A DNA stretch of 64,000 bases from Antedon mediterranea (taxonomy: Eukaryota > Animalia > Echinodermata), in NCBI RefSeq assembly GCF_964355755.1, contig NC_092678.1:17873365-17937364 (forward strand), in the 5' to 3' direction. Shown in pieces: positions 13,601-27,800 of the stretch. A program made the translations under genes and the position numbers. Position 1 is the first letter of the stretch. The number at the start of each line of letters is the position of its first letter. The notes below the pieces were generated by a model. That model did not search any database and was not told the DNA's origin. It saw only the letters and a list, made by a program, of their open reading frames with translations.

Positions 13601-16600
13601 TCCATAATCCAACCTACATCAGCGTTGGTACAAATTGGTATTTTTTTAGGATATTGTAAGTTGATTTGTGGAAGTTGCTTATTTTATTTCCTGGTTAAAT
13701 TGTTTCTATTTCTGTTTTTATGATTTGTATATGGATGTACTATCCGAAATAAAGAAAATGAATGAATGAATGAATAGTGTATTGGCCTAGTACAACGTCA
13801 TGCTATTTTTAAACAGTTAAACCTACCCTTAAATGCATAATTTCACAATTAACCAGATTTACTTACAATTGTAAAGCTTGTTTCTACAAGTAAGGAAAAA
13901 TGAGAATAAACACTTACAGTGTAACCAATGAAGTCAAACCACCAAATGCATATTCATACAATGTAGTAATGTCGTTAAATCTTAAATCCCTTCAAAATAA
14001 AAACATGAATACTTGGTAAAATAACAGTTCACGAGTTCAGGTTTTCTTCTTCGGGGAAAAATTGTTACAGTTTGGTGTGTATGTCAGCGGACAAAATTAT
14101 GACCTTAAAATAATTTATCTGCATTGTACTGTTAGTGTGTATTACGTGTCAGTGAAAATTAAAGAGGGTCGATAATTGTGCAAACATTAAAATATCAAAA
14201 TTAAAATACAAAGTTTATCAATTGAGTACGTAGAACTAAAGATCCGAAGCCTAGTTGGTTGGAACTTGTTCCGCCAGAGATGGTTCCTGATCAAGTTAAA
14301 ACTATTAAACACGTCACAGGTATGGCGTTGAAAAATGTGGAAGACGCGACAAACTTCCAAGGAAAAAATTCAACTCTCCAATGCCATCTGTTATTTTTGG
14401 TAAAGCTCACTCACTCAAAAACAAGTTTTTGGCTGCAAATGCCAGTATTCGAATACAGGGACAGTTGCCTTATGACGCTCACTGAAACTTGGCTAAATGA
14501 ATCTGTTTCGGATCATGTATCAACAAATTATTCTTGTAATCTGGAATTATTAACAGTTGCTCTTCGTCCCTTTTACTTGCCAGGTTCTAGTCACCATTAT
14601 CTAGGACTATGTAGTGCAATTAATTAAAGAATTACATGATTTTTAAATATTTTAGACAAAGTTCAACACAGTGTGACGTATTGTCTGCTACAATATCTAA
14701 TGATTACACATTTTTAATAATTATGTAATTTCTCATTTAATAAAACATACCAGTTATAATAACAAATTACCGTATTAAACGTACAAATCAAAGTATAAAA
14801 ACAATAAGTATATACAGTACCAACGGAAATTACGATAAAAAAGTATCTATTTTATTAATTTCGAAATACAAAGAAAAAATAACAAAAAAATATCTATATT
14901 GTGCCAACAGAGGCCAACAAGGCTTAGGTCCAATTAGGCGTGTGACTCTGACAGTGAAACAATTACAAGGTATAATTGATATAATACTAATTTAATGTTA
15001 CTTTATCTCGTATTATCATTATTTGCATGTTTTAGCTGTTTTTCATTAACTGTCTTTGCATGATTATAACAATGTTTTATCTAGATTGACTGTAATCATG
15101 TTGTACTTTCCATATCATATGATTTCTAGACATAGATCAATATCTACGATACAATACAACCGTTAAATGACGATGATCCATGTATTCTGCTATATTTTTA
15201 TTTTTCATTATGGCCGCCGATGGTGCTACAGTAACTGAATTAAAGAGTCTTGTTCGCAAACAATACCAAAATAGAAAAAATTAAAAAGAGTAAAAGAAAG
15301 ATATTACGTTTGGACATATCACACATGAAACAGACATATTCCGTAGAAGTAGTAATTCCTAAAATAAAATAATTGTTTTTATGAGGCATAGAGTTAAACT
15401 GACGTTTTCATGAGAAGAAAATATATAATATTTGTTCTACGTGCACAATAAGCTTATTACAACAATATTGCAGATTATACGTACGGTGAATCGGTGACGA
15501 GTCGGAGACGAACCGAACGGATCATCCAGGATTTCTGAAAAATCTGGCCTAGTGCGCACACTTGGCGCAGCATTGTACGAAGGCGTGTCTATATTTGTTT
15601 TCGTATCTAATTTTGGCTTTCAAAAATGGTAGCGCAAAGCAATCGCTACTCCTGGATCCGCCCGCCGGAATATTTTGACAAAAAATGATGTAGGTTCAGA
15701 CGTTCTGTGGTACATTTAATTTGTATTATTTGTATGTTCCTTCTTTAAACTTCATCGTAATTTCAAATATAATAATATCAATAAAGTAGTATTGTTAACT
15801 TAGAAGTGTGTAAGTTATCCAGCACTGAAGAAAACAAACTCAATTCAAACTTAATTATTAAAGCTAAGTGTGTTCATTAATGAGATGTAAAGCTGATGAG
15901 CTGATTTTAGCATGAGGAAGTGAAAATATGGAGGGAGGGGAACATATAAAATGGAGAGACACAGACATCACCTAACAAGCAAGCTATTACTGACCCAATG
16001 TGAAGGCAGAAATCAAGAATTGTTTGATGGGATGTTCCTGCTTCCAAATTATTGTGGTCCCTTTATTTATACAATTTGAAAAGCAGAACAAAGAGGAGAA
16101 GGTGTATTTTTGTTTGTTGCCAGATGCCTATAACTCTGGTTCAAATTTTAAGTTAAGTTTATATTACGGACGGATAACGCTAATAATATACGTACCACCA
16201 TATTCGGTAACCGATACGCCTCAATTATGACGTTAGTAGAGGAAGATACAAACCATTTGTTGGGCGTGCGAATATAGAACAAGTGATATTCCACCGTACG
16301 GAAGGAAAGATGACCAATGCCTCTCATAATAACATTATTTTTCATTTAATAACATTTACTATTAATGATAATAATAATTTACTTTAAAACAAACGAATAA
16401 CAAGTAGGCCTATCATTACACACAATACAACTACATACAGGAGCTTAGTCTGGGCTCCAGACGGAGTTTTGTCTTAATATTAGTAAAAATATAAATATTT
16501 TTGCACATATGGCGTTTCATACGTGTATTACTTGAGTTTGGATACTCCGTCTGGGGAAACACGCACAAGTCACGTGGTTTGACACCAAGAATTCTTGGTG

Positions 16601-19600
16601 CATACGATTATCCGGTTGACTACTTTCAGCTGCATGCGATTGGCTACTCACTCGTACACTGTTTTAATATTCATATTTCAGAATTTCAAAGACTCAACAT
16701 CTACGACGATGCGCATGCGCTATATTACGTTTAGACAATGTGTACTTGGGTACATTGATGAAAGTTTCTGAAAGCTAGAAATGATTTTATATGCCTAGTA
16801 GTCTGGTAAACATTTGATGGGATTTTTCCCAAGAACATGAAAACTCGTCTTGATATGATAGGCTAGCTTCTCCGCAAATCAAACATTGAATGGATCATTT
16901 ATTATGCGGAGATAATTTAATTTATTTCCCACCCATCCATACCCTGTCCTGTTCTTTGTGGTGGTGTAGCCCTGTTGTGTGCCGGTGTAGCCCTGTTATG
17001 TGCCGGTCGGTGGTGGTATGTACCTTATTGGCGTTCTATTTGGCAGGTCATACGTACGAGTTGAGTATCCCTACGAAGGAGGCCTAGGCCAGGACTAAAC
17101 AAATAATAAACAAAACAACTTGGCAACACGATTTTATATTTCAACAGTTGTTCAGTCTCGATCGTACATTCAGCACTGTATGTACTCTATCTTTTTCATT
17201 TTGAAACAAAATGATCATTGGTTGATTCGAAATCCATATTTACATACCGCCCGCCCCATATAGCCAAATACGGTATGATAACCTACGTCATTCTTATCGG
17301 ATGTTTGCTAGTCTGGGCTCCAGACGGAGTTTTGTAAAAATATAAATATTTTTGCACATAATATGGCGTTTCATACGTGTATTACTTGAGTTTGGATACT
17401 CCGTCTGGGGAAACACGCATAAGTCACGTGGTTTGACACCAAGAATTCTTGGTGCATAAATTATCCAGTTGACTAGTTTCAGCCGCATGCCATTGGCTAC
17501 TCACTCGTACGTCGTTTTAATATTCATATTTCAGAATTTCAAAGACTCAACGTCTAAGACGATGCGCATGCGCTATGTTACGTTTAGACAATGTGTACTT
17601 GGGGTACATTGATGAAAGTTTCTGAAGGCTAAAAATGATTTTATATGCCTAGTAGTCTGGTAAACATTTGATGAGATTTTTCCCAAGAACATGAAAACTC
17701 GTCGTGATATGATAGGCTAGCTTCTCCGCCAAATCAAACATTGAATGGATCATTTATTATGCGGAGAAAATTTGATTTAATTCCCACCCAGACCCTGTCC
17801 TGTTCTGTGTGGTGGTGTAGCCCTGTTGTGTGCCGGTCGGTGGTGGTATGTACCTTATTGGCGTTTTATTTGGAAGTACGTACGAGTTGAGTAGCCCTAC
17901 GAACCCGCCTACGATCGAAGGAGGACTAGGCCAGAACAATTAATAAACAAAACAACTTGGCAACACGATTTTATATTTCAACAGTTGTTCGGTCTCGATC
18001 GTACATTCAGCACACTGTACGTACGTACTCGATCTTTTTCATTTTGAAACAAAATGATCATTGGTTGATTCGAAATCCATATTTACATACCGCCCGCCCC
18101 ATATAGCCAAATACGGTATGATAACCTACGTCATTCTTATCGGATGTTTGCGGTTTGCAAATCGATTTCTATACGTGTTTCACAAGTCTGTATTTTCAGA
18201 CTAAAATTGCGGTCGAAATAAAAACAAATACATAAAAAAAAGACAATAAATACAGACTTGGGGCAAGTCTAACAGGAGCTTTGCGTTAAAATAAAGGTTT
18301 AGGGATCAATCATAATCAAACAAAAACCGGCCTGTTATATTATTTTATTTTTAGATAAATATTCTATCTTTGCAAAGAGTAAAACATGATGTGACAATAA
18401 GTGTGATTATATTACAACGAAAATATACTATTTTCAAAAGTATGATAAACAAGAGAAAGCACTCACAGTTCTGTCAATGATGTCAAGCCATGAAACACAT
18501 TTGCTGGTAATGTAGTTATTTGGTTACTGTACAAATACCTGAAAACCGTGAAAAAATGCAATCAATAATTATATATACAGTACCAAAGGATAGTACGATA
18601 AAAAAATATCTATTGTATTAATTTTTAAATACAAACAAAAAATAACAACATATATCAGCTATATTGTGCCAACAGAGGCCAAATAGGTTTCTGTCCGGTT
18701 AGGCGTGTCACTCTAGCAGTAAAACAATTACTTGTTTAATGTTACTTTAGCACGTATTATCTTTATTTGCATGTTTTACATGTTTTTCATTAACTGATTC
18801 CCATGATATAACTATGTTTTTTTTCTGAATTTACTAATCATGTTGTAATTGCCATATCGTATGATTTCTGGATTTAGATCAATATCTACGATACAATACA
18901 ACCCTTAAATGACGTTAAATCCATGTAATCTTCTATATTTTTATTATTTTTCATTATGGTCGCCGGTGGTGCTACATTAACTGAATTAAAGAGTCTTGTT
19001 CGCAAACATTACCAAAATAGAGAAACTCAAAAAGAGCAAAGAGAAAGATATTACATTTGAACGTATACACATGAAATATTCTGTAGAAGTATTAATTCCT
19101 AAAACAAAATGATTTTTTTATGAGGCATAGAGTTAAACTGAGAAGAAGCTATATAATATTTGTTCCACGTGCACAGTAAGCTTATTACAACACTATTGCA
19201 GATTATACGTGAATCAGTGCCGAGTCGGTGACAAACCAAACGGATCATCCAGGATTTCTGAAAAAATCTGACCAATTGCGCATCCTTTGCGCAGCATTGT
19301 ACGGAGGCGTGTCTATTTTTGTTTTCGTATCTAATTTTGGCTTTAAAAACATGTCAGCCCAATGCAATCGCTACCCCTGGATCCGCTCCGTCGGAATATT
19401 GTCGATATAAAATGATAGAGGTTCAGACGTTCTGTGGTACATTTAAATTGTATTATTTGTATGTTCCCTCTTTAAACTTCATCTTAATTTCAAATAGAAT
19501 AACATCAATAAATTAATATTGTTTACTTAGAAGTGTGCCAGTTATTCAGCACTAAAGAAAACAAAATCAGAAAAAAATTTAAACACATGCGACCACGTTT

Positions 19601-22600
19601 TTTGAACATTATTAAAGCTAAATGTGTTAATTAATGAGATTAATTAGTTAATTAATGCTGATTTTAGCATGAGGAAGTGAAAATATGGAGGGAGGGGAAA
19701 ATATAAAATGTAGAGACACAGATATCAGCTAACAAGCAAGCTATTACTGACCCAATGTGAAGCAGAAATCAAGAATTGTTTGACGGGATGTTCCTGCTCC
19801 CAAATTATTGTGGCAAAAATAGAAAAACTAATAGAAGAGCAAAAAGGAAGATAGTACGCCTGAACGTAGTATACATGGAACAGACAGACACCGTACAAGT
19901 GTTCATTTATAAAGGGTCAAACTGTGCCTGGAAATAAACATAATTACTGAACCATGGCCGGTTGAATGACAACATTATTTCCACCATATACAATTTTTAT
20001 ACGGAACAAACAAATTTGACAAAAACAAATATGACGAATATAAACACGAACAAAGGAAAACAAAATACATCAGATTTATGAATAACGACGTTAATTTCCG
20101 ATAATTATAATTAATTAAATCTCAATTTTATAGAAATCAAACAAGGCCATATAGATGCCTGCAGTCGCGTGCTCAAGTTAGTGTTTACCAACCGACCGCC
20201 CAACCGACCGACCGACCGACCAACCGACCAAAATTGCTGAACATGTTTAAAAATGTTGAAAATGTTTAAAAACATTTATTTTTTTTAATTTACACGTGCG
20301 TTGCCTGTCACTTTTGACGTGCTCGTATAACGTAATTTCGAGTTAAAAAGTGAATAAAATATGATGATATTATTAAAAGAAAGGTTGTTGATGAACAACT
20401 CTAAAATGTATATAGGAAATGTTTTTTTTTTATTTTGTATCTATTATGTTGTGTTTATTGTTTTATGTAAAAGGGTCCTGCAAAAACAGAAGTGTAAACT
20501 TCTCTATGCAGGATACTTGCCATCATTTATGCTATGAAACTGTATTTATAAACGATGAGTAAATAAATGTGAATGTGAAAACAGAAATCGGACAAAAAGA
20601 GTGCATATTAACATTTAACGCGCAATGCGTGTGCAAAAATCTGCGCACTCATGGCAATTTTTTAAACGCTTAAAATTGCCTGAACGTACTCTTATATAAT
20701 CGAAAATCAATTTTGACAATTTTGAACATGTTAAGCACGCGTACGCATGCGTTACATGCGCTACGCACGTAATTGTATTGCCATGATGATTTATGCCCTG
20801 AAATTTATGAGTACCAACTTTTATTTAATTGTGATTCATGCTTGTAAAGGTATGATGACAAACGTGATTTCATTAAATCGTGCGTAGACCGCGTAATTTT
20901 TGATTACGCACCGTGAAAACATAAAAACAAAGATTCCTGGCCATAAGGAAAATACTGTGAAAACTTGACTGTGTAAATAGGTTAACTGCACACTACAAAG
21001 TTGTGGATGAGAGTTTGGTGTAATGGATATGTATCCAGCCTCTCACAGTTGAAATCGCAGATTCAATTCCCGCATTGGATCTTACTTTTTTCATCATCCT
21101 TATTATAATTTTTTTAAATATTTTACTATTATTATTCATTATTATAATTAATAATATTTTATTTTAAATTTTACTTTTTTACTATGACGCTAACATTACG
21201 TTAAGTCTGCTCAGTACCAGATCGCCGGCGTTTGGAAATTGTCTCCTTTCTTTTAAGCCAGTATAATTCTTCTACATAATTTTATATGATTTATTTGTGT
21301 GTGTTAGTGCTGTATTTGATTTGGCTAATTGCACTACAACTTTGTGAATGTGAGCATTATTTTACCCTGACCATTCAAAATGTAAACACAATTTTATGAT
21401 GAGTCATTGATTTTGGTTAGAATATGATAAAAACTGTGGTCTCTAGGCAGTAAAATAGTTTTTTGTCAGATGTGACCTTGACCTACGACCTTTTCCCCTC
21501 AAAATCGAACTCGTCCGAGCTTTTGGGGAATATGTCATTGTGGCCAAATTTGGCCATATACGGATGAAAAATGTGGCCTCCAGGCTGTTCACATGATTTT
21601 CTCATTCATGCCGATGAAATAGATACGTCATAAGTTCACCTTACTACGGAAGGATACGTACCACACTACACTAGATAACAGGTTCTTCTCATAATAAGGT
21701 GTTCATAAGAGGAAGATATGAACAAAATATTTAATAATATTGTTCCGCGTGCGTACAATAAGCTTTTTACAACATTATTGCAGATTATACGTGAATGTCG
21801 AGCATTTCTTTCCGCGTAGACAAGTATGTAGAGAAACTTGAACATTCTTGAACATCGGATTGGATAATTGTAAGGATGAGTTTCCAGAATCTGGTTAAAA
21901 TCGCATTTTACAAAATGCAACGTTAGGCAAACGTTTTTACCTTCGGATTGAGGAAAGAAAGCGAAATCAGTGTCTACAAGAAATATCAGGGTCCAAAACA
22001 ATATCAACACGGAAGCGACAGCAGTATTCATCGTATTCAAGCTAAGTACAGTACAACAAATAATCACTATAGGTCAGCAGTCACATTTGACAATTTCGGA
22101 AAACCTGACCACAAACAACATACACTGCAGAACAATATCGAGTACGAGTACCCGACCCAGTAGATATTCTATATATAATACATTGTTAATTTCCGGGTGA
22201 AATTGTTTCTTTTTTTTGTGTTTTTGTATGATTTGTATATAGATGTACTATCCGAAATAAAGAAAATGAATGAATGGGTGAATAGTGTACCGTAATTTTA
22301 CAAGTTATATTATTGGCCTAATACAACATCATGGTATTTAGACACAGTTAAACAATTAACAATGATTTACTTACAATTGTAAAGCTTTTAAATGTTTACA
22401 AGTAAGGACAAAAATGAGAATAAACACTTACAGTGTAACCAATGACGTCAAACCAACAAATGCATTTTCATGCAATGTAGTAATTTTGTTACTTCTTAAA
22501 TCCCTTAAAAATAAAAACATGAATACTTGGTAAAATAAGAGTTCACGAGTTGAGGTTTTCTTTTTTGGGAAAAAATAGGTACAGTTTGGTGTGTATGTCA

Positions 22601-24807
22601 GCGGACAAAATAGTGACCGTAAAATAATGTATCTGTATTGTAACTGTTAGTGTGTATTACGTGTCAGTGAAAATTAAAGAGGGTCGATAACGGTACAAAC
22701 GTTAAAAATTAATATTATTAAAATTAATATACAAAGTTTATCGATCAAGTACGTATCAAGTTCAAACTATCAAACACGTCACAGGAAGCGTGGACAAATA
22801 TCGAAGACGTGTGAAACTTCGAAGGAAAAAAAATTAAACCTTCCTATGTCATCTGTTATTTTTGGTAATGCTCACTCACTCAAAAACAAGTTTAGTGAAT
22901 TTGCTGCAAATGCCAGTATTCGAATACAGAGACAGTTGCCTTATGGCGCTCATTGAAATTTGGCTAAATGAATCTGTTTCATATCATGGATCAAAAAATT
23001 GTTCTTGTAATCTGGAATTATTATCAGTTGCTCGTCGTCCCTTTTACTTGAAAAGGGAATTCTAGCAGGTTCTAGTCATCATTATCTATATACACCCGAA
23101 AGCAGACTTCAAAGTAGCTTGCGCTAAAGTCGTTGAGATAGATAGACAACTAAGCTGCAAATCACCAGATTCAATAAAGCTGTTACTTTGTGACTTTAAC
23201 AAAGGATCCTATGAAGAGCTTGCAAACGTAATTCCACACCTTCATCATGTAAATGTCGCTACGAGAGAAGGCACTATACTTGGTATGCGCTATGGAAATG
23301 TTAAAAATGCTTATACAGCAAAGATATGTCTAAGCACTGGGTGGTCAGATCACAACATGATCCCAAGCTATAATTTACGAACATAGGAAGCCTCAAAATT
23401 AATATGATACGCACATATCTTAGTGCCGTTAATTGTGATATTCATTAGGCCTACATTAGGCCTGGGTTAACCCACTGTGCAACTGTAGTGCTGTTTTTTT
23501 TTGTTTATTCTTTAGTTCGATTCTTCCAGCATAGTATTGTTTTATTTATTTAATCTATAGAAGGTTCATTACAATACGAACGTTAGATTATTGTAAAAAA
23601 AAAATGTTCGATAAAACTAAGTCATTGGATTTTTGTCTAGATTTGGTAGTTTTTTTTAGGTTTACGAATTAATTTTTCCTTTGGTTAAGGGGGATTGGTC
23701 GGCTGAATGTTAATAATTTGTATGATTTAGCTTTGTAATTTATTTGTCATAGGTATAATCTCTGGTCTATGAGCAAGTGCAAATATTCTACAATTCAGAC
23801 TCGACTCAATGAAATTAAGCAAATTTTGTTTAGGAATTAATGTTAGATGGTGTGAGATAAAACGAGAAAATGTCAAGTTTATAACATGAAATGAAATTGA
23901 AGATGAGTACCACTTTTTGTTAATAATTATGTTAATACAACTTAAATTTATCGTTTGATTTCTTTTGCAAAATACACTAAATTAGGAAAAACATATTTTA
24001 TGTTGTATCCGCTTTAATAATAAAGAATAAATCAAAGAATTTGTTATTGTTCGCAGTCATACCACCATTATAACGCTTTAACAAATATTTTAACCTTTCC
24101 ACGTATTAATGCTTTAGTGTACTAATATTACAAAATATTGTAAGACTTCAGCACGTTACCCTGAACGTCATGGTATTTGGAAACAGTTAAACCTACCCTA
24201 AATGTATAATCACAATTAACATGATTTACTGACAATTGTAAACAGCAACCTGAAATCAAATCAAATCAAATCTATATTCGTTTCATATATAAAAACGTAG
24301 CAAGTAAGTACTTGTCAACTGGTTTAACCAAAAATTTAACATTTATTTATTAAATAAAAAATGTACATTGTTTTCCTCGACAGAAAAATATGGTAAAACA
24401 TTCACAATTACATCATACATAGAACACATTTACACTTTAAAAACATTAATTAAAACATCCATCAACTGTAAAACTTTGAAATATATATATTGCATGTGCG
24501 TTATTATGATCTAACAATCTTTGAGTTAAAATATGCGTTGAATATGGTACAAAGGACAGTCGGTTTCTTGACGTATCAGCTCTGAGAGCCTTTACATTTT
24601 TATAAGATGTATTTGCCGTCTAGCACGTGAAAGTATTCTTCCTTCTCTGTGCCTAAGGCAGAATTGGAAGGAAAACATCAGTATACATTTGCCAAAAAGT
24701 GACATAAAAGTATAAAGAATACTCGATAAAAATACTTTATAATAATCTCATATAGCGCCGCTACATACTCGCACATTATTTGTTTAATAATTTAAGCAGA
24801 TTCTGAA

Positions 24808-24869
<62 letters not shown>

Positions 24870-27800
24870 TTCAGAATCTGACTTTTTCTCATTCTCACAG
24901 ATTTCTTCATCTTTATCGTTTCAAATTAATTAATTAAATTTCAGTATATCACCGGGCGGTTTAGAATTAATGTTCTTTGCCTCTTGTGTTTATATATATA
25001 TATATATATATCAAAATACTACGTATGTAAAGATCAACGACTGTAACAATAACATCGGTGGATTTGAGGACAACCCTGAATACCTGTAATATAATAAATT
25101 ACAAACAGTAATATAACTTAAAACTTAAAATCATCAGCTAACATACCATTTTATCCGCTTTGACAATACAGAATAAATCAAAGAAGTTGTTATTGTTCAC
25201 AGTCATACCACCATAATGCTTCACTTTGAATGTACCGTAATTTTACAAGTAATATTTAACAGTTAAACCTACCGTTAAATGTATAATTTCAGAAATAACA
25301 TGATTTATTTGAATTTTTATAAGTAAGAAAACAAAATGAGAATAAACACTTACAGTATAACCAATGATGTCAAACCACCAAATGCATTTTCATACAATGT
25401 AGTAATGCCGTTACTGCTTAAATCCCTTCAAAATAAAAACAGTTGGTAAATAACAGTTCACGAGTTGAGGTTTTCTTCTTTGGGGAAAATAGGTACAGTT
25501 TGGTGTGTATGTCAGTGGATAAAATAGTGACCCGTAAAATAATTTATCTGTATTGTACTATTATTGTGTATTACTGTACGTGTTAGTGAAAATTAAAGAG
25601 AATCGATAACGGTATAACAAACGTTAAAATATTATTCAAATTATAAATACAAAATAAATTGATTTAGTACGTACTGTAGTACGTCAGGAATAGGTTGTTC
25701 GTTTATATAATTACTAATCTAAGACGGAGAGATAACATTTTAATACATCTTAAAGGCAATTGAAAAATAATCAATCCCTTACTAAAAGCCGAAAAGTAGC
25801 AAGAGTGTGCAACTTATTTGTTATAGAATAGAGAAAAATAGTGCATGTTTAGACACAAACCAGCACAGCTGATGTAATCTGAGGGTAGCCTACAATAATT
25901 AAAGTACACGTATAACTAAACGATAAAGAAAGAAATGTATACATATATCAATGTCAAATAACTACTGTAGCTCGATGATATCAAACGGCGCATCTACACA
26001 CTCACACATTGATTCAATCCGAAAAGTTTACACTGACAAGAAAAGTCAGCATTTTTTTAAAGTTATGTATTATCAACTACCAAAATAATAATAAAATTGT
26101 TTAAAATACCGTTCGTTATCTAATTTACGGACATTGGAAGTCTAAAAATCAATATATATGTACATAATTATTTGTTATTTATTGCCTTTGATAACATTAA
26201 CATACGTTACTCTATTGTGTTAACCCACTGTGTAATAATAGTGCCTGTTTCTGTGGTTAATTGCGCGGTGCAATGCTGGTTTTTCAATTGAGGATTTTTC
26301 AATTCTGTTCTCGCACGATTGTGTTATTCTTTTTTATGAAAAGATGAGGGGCATTTTGGAAACACATTTTTTATACAATTCGAATGAGTGTACGATGTAT
26401 TAACCAATTTACAGAACTTACGTATCGAAAAAAAACACCATGTACTGAAATCGTGGTTTTGTGTGGATGTGCTAATTGGAATGATTCGTTTATGCTAGTC
26501 CAGTACTTTTACAATTAACTAATATTAATTTTACGTTGTATCATTTTCATTTCTATATTTTGTAATAAAAATAATATAATCATAATAACATTATTTGTTT
26601 TAATATAAGCTTTAGAATTAACGTAACTGCGATCAACGTTTCAATGTTACATTAACTAATTTAAATTGTCTGTAATAAAAATAGTATAAATTATAATTAT
26701 TTGTTTAATAACATAGACTTTGGGAATAACGTAACTGCGATTGACGTTTCAATGTTACTACGCTTGTCTTATGAAAGCTTACAGTTTGCACAAAACAGGT
26801 TATTTTTATGATACTTACAAGAATGTTATTGGTTGATGATTATTGTAGTTCCTGACGGATTCTGCTGTTGTATATTTCCGACAGCTTAAGTAGTTAAATA
26901 TGCAATCGCATCCAGTTGGACATATTTGTGTTAGGAATATTAATTGTTCTGTAAAAAAAAAATGTTTGTGAAATTAGCTACTAGTTTCGAATTTACCTAA
27001 ATGGACAGTAAAACAATAGCTATAAAAATGTAATAACTATGTTTGTCATTTAACTATTAATTGTATAGGACTTGGCTCTTGAGTAGGACTAGACGTTGTG
27101 AAAAGGTAGATGTATCTTAAGTTTAGGTCATTCTTCAAAGATATCATAATCTAATATCATTTTGATACATTACTGTTGTACATGTGCAATTTTGGATTTG
27201 TGGATTTGACGCACACTGGATAAATATTGAAGTTTTTTTCTTCAAATGTCTCTCAATTTCGTGTCCAATTACGTCTGCCGGTGGAATTTGTATAGTCTCT
27301 AACAATGCACCATCACCGAGTTGGCCGCATTGGCCGCCTTCTCCAGAGTAGGGTCAAAGAGCCAGTGTTGTGGTGGAATAATGTTTTATAATTCAGGTGA
27401 TTCATTATTGTCTCGTTTCTAACAATATCGGATTTTTTACCGGGATGAAGTCTCTTTTGCAAAAAGAAGCTTTGTGTTATGTTTGTTTAGAAACCTCTTA
27501 CCATTACGTTTGTGAATTTCTTCCAATTGATCAATTGTTTTTGCAGAGGTTTTTTAAAGATTTTAGGTTGTTCAGGGAGCGTTTTTTTTGCCTAATTCTC
27601 TGCAATCTAAGGTTGTGTCTAATTATCAATCAAGTAAAGAGCTTAAACTATTCATTATGATTAATTACTGTAATTGAATATTTAATTAATGGCAGTAACA
27701 TAGCCTAGATTATAGAGTATAGACAGTGATTCCGATTAATATTTCTTATAAAATCAAACAACAAACGTAAAAGACTTTAGTATATAATAGCTATCTTCCT

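Larger units (their letters stand above)
9800..13775 (+). mobile_element. Degenerate LINE (ORF1 remnant, endonuclease, RT) with (GAAT)n tail
   Basis: VVSYNC, DVICFQ, GSDHFP-like, GVRQGCVMSPLLYN and YADDMLL motifs in broken frames; tail AATAAAGAAAATGAATGAATGAAT. Confidence 0.82.

Noticed and set aside
21008-21080. tRNA genes here and at 5370-5440, 8677 and 12310
   Set aside because: Only A/B-box-like remnants with no complete cloverleaf; they read as SINE heads.
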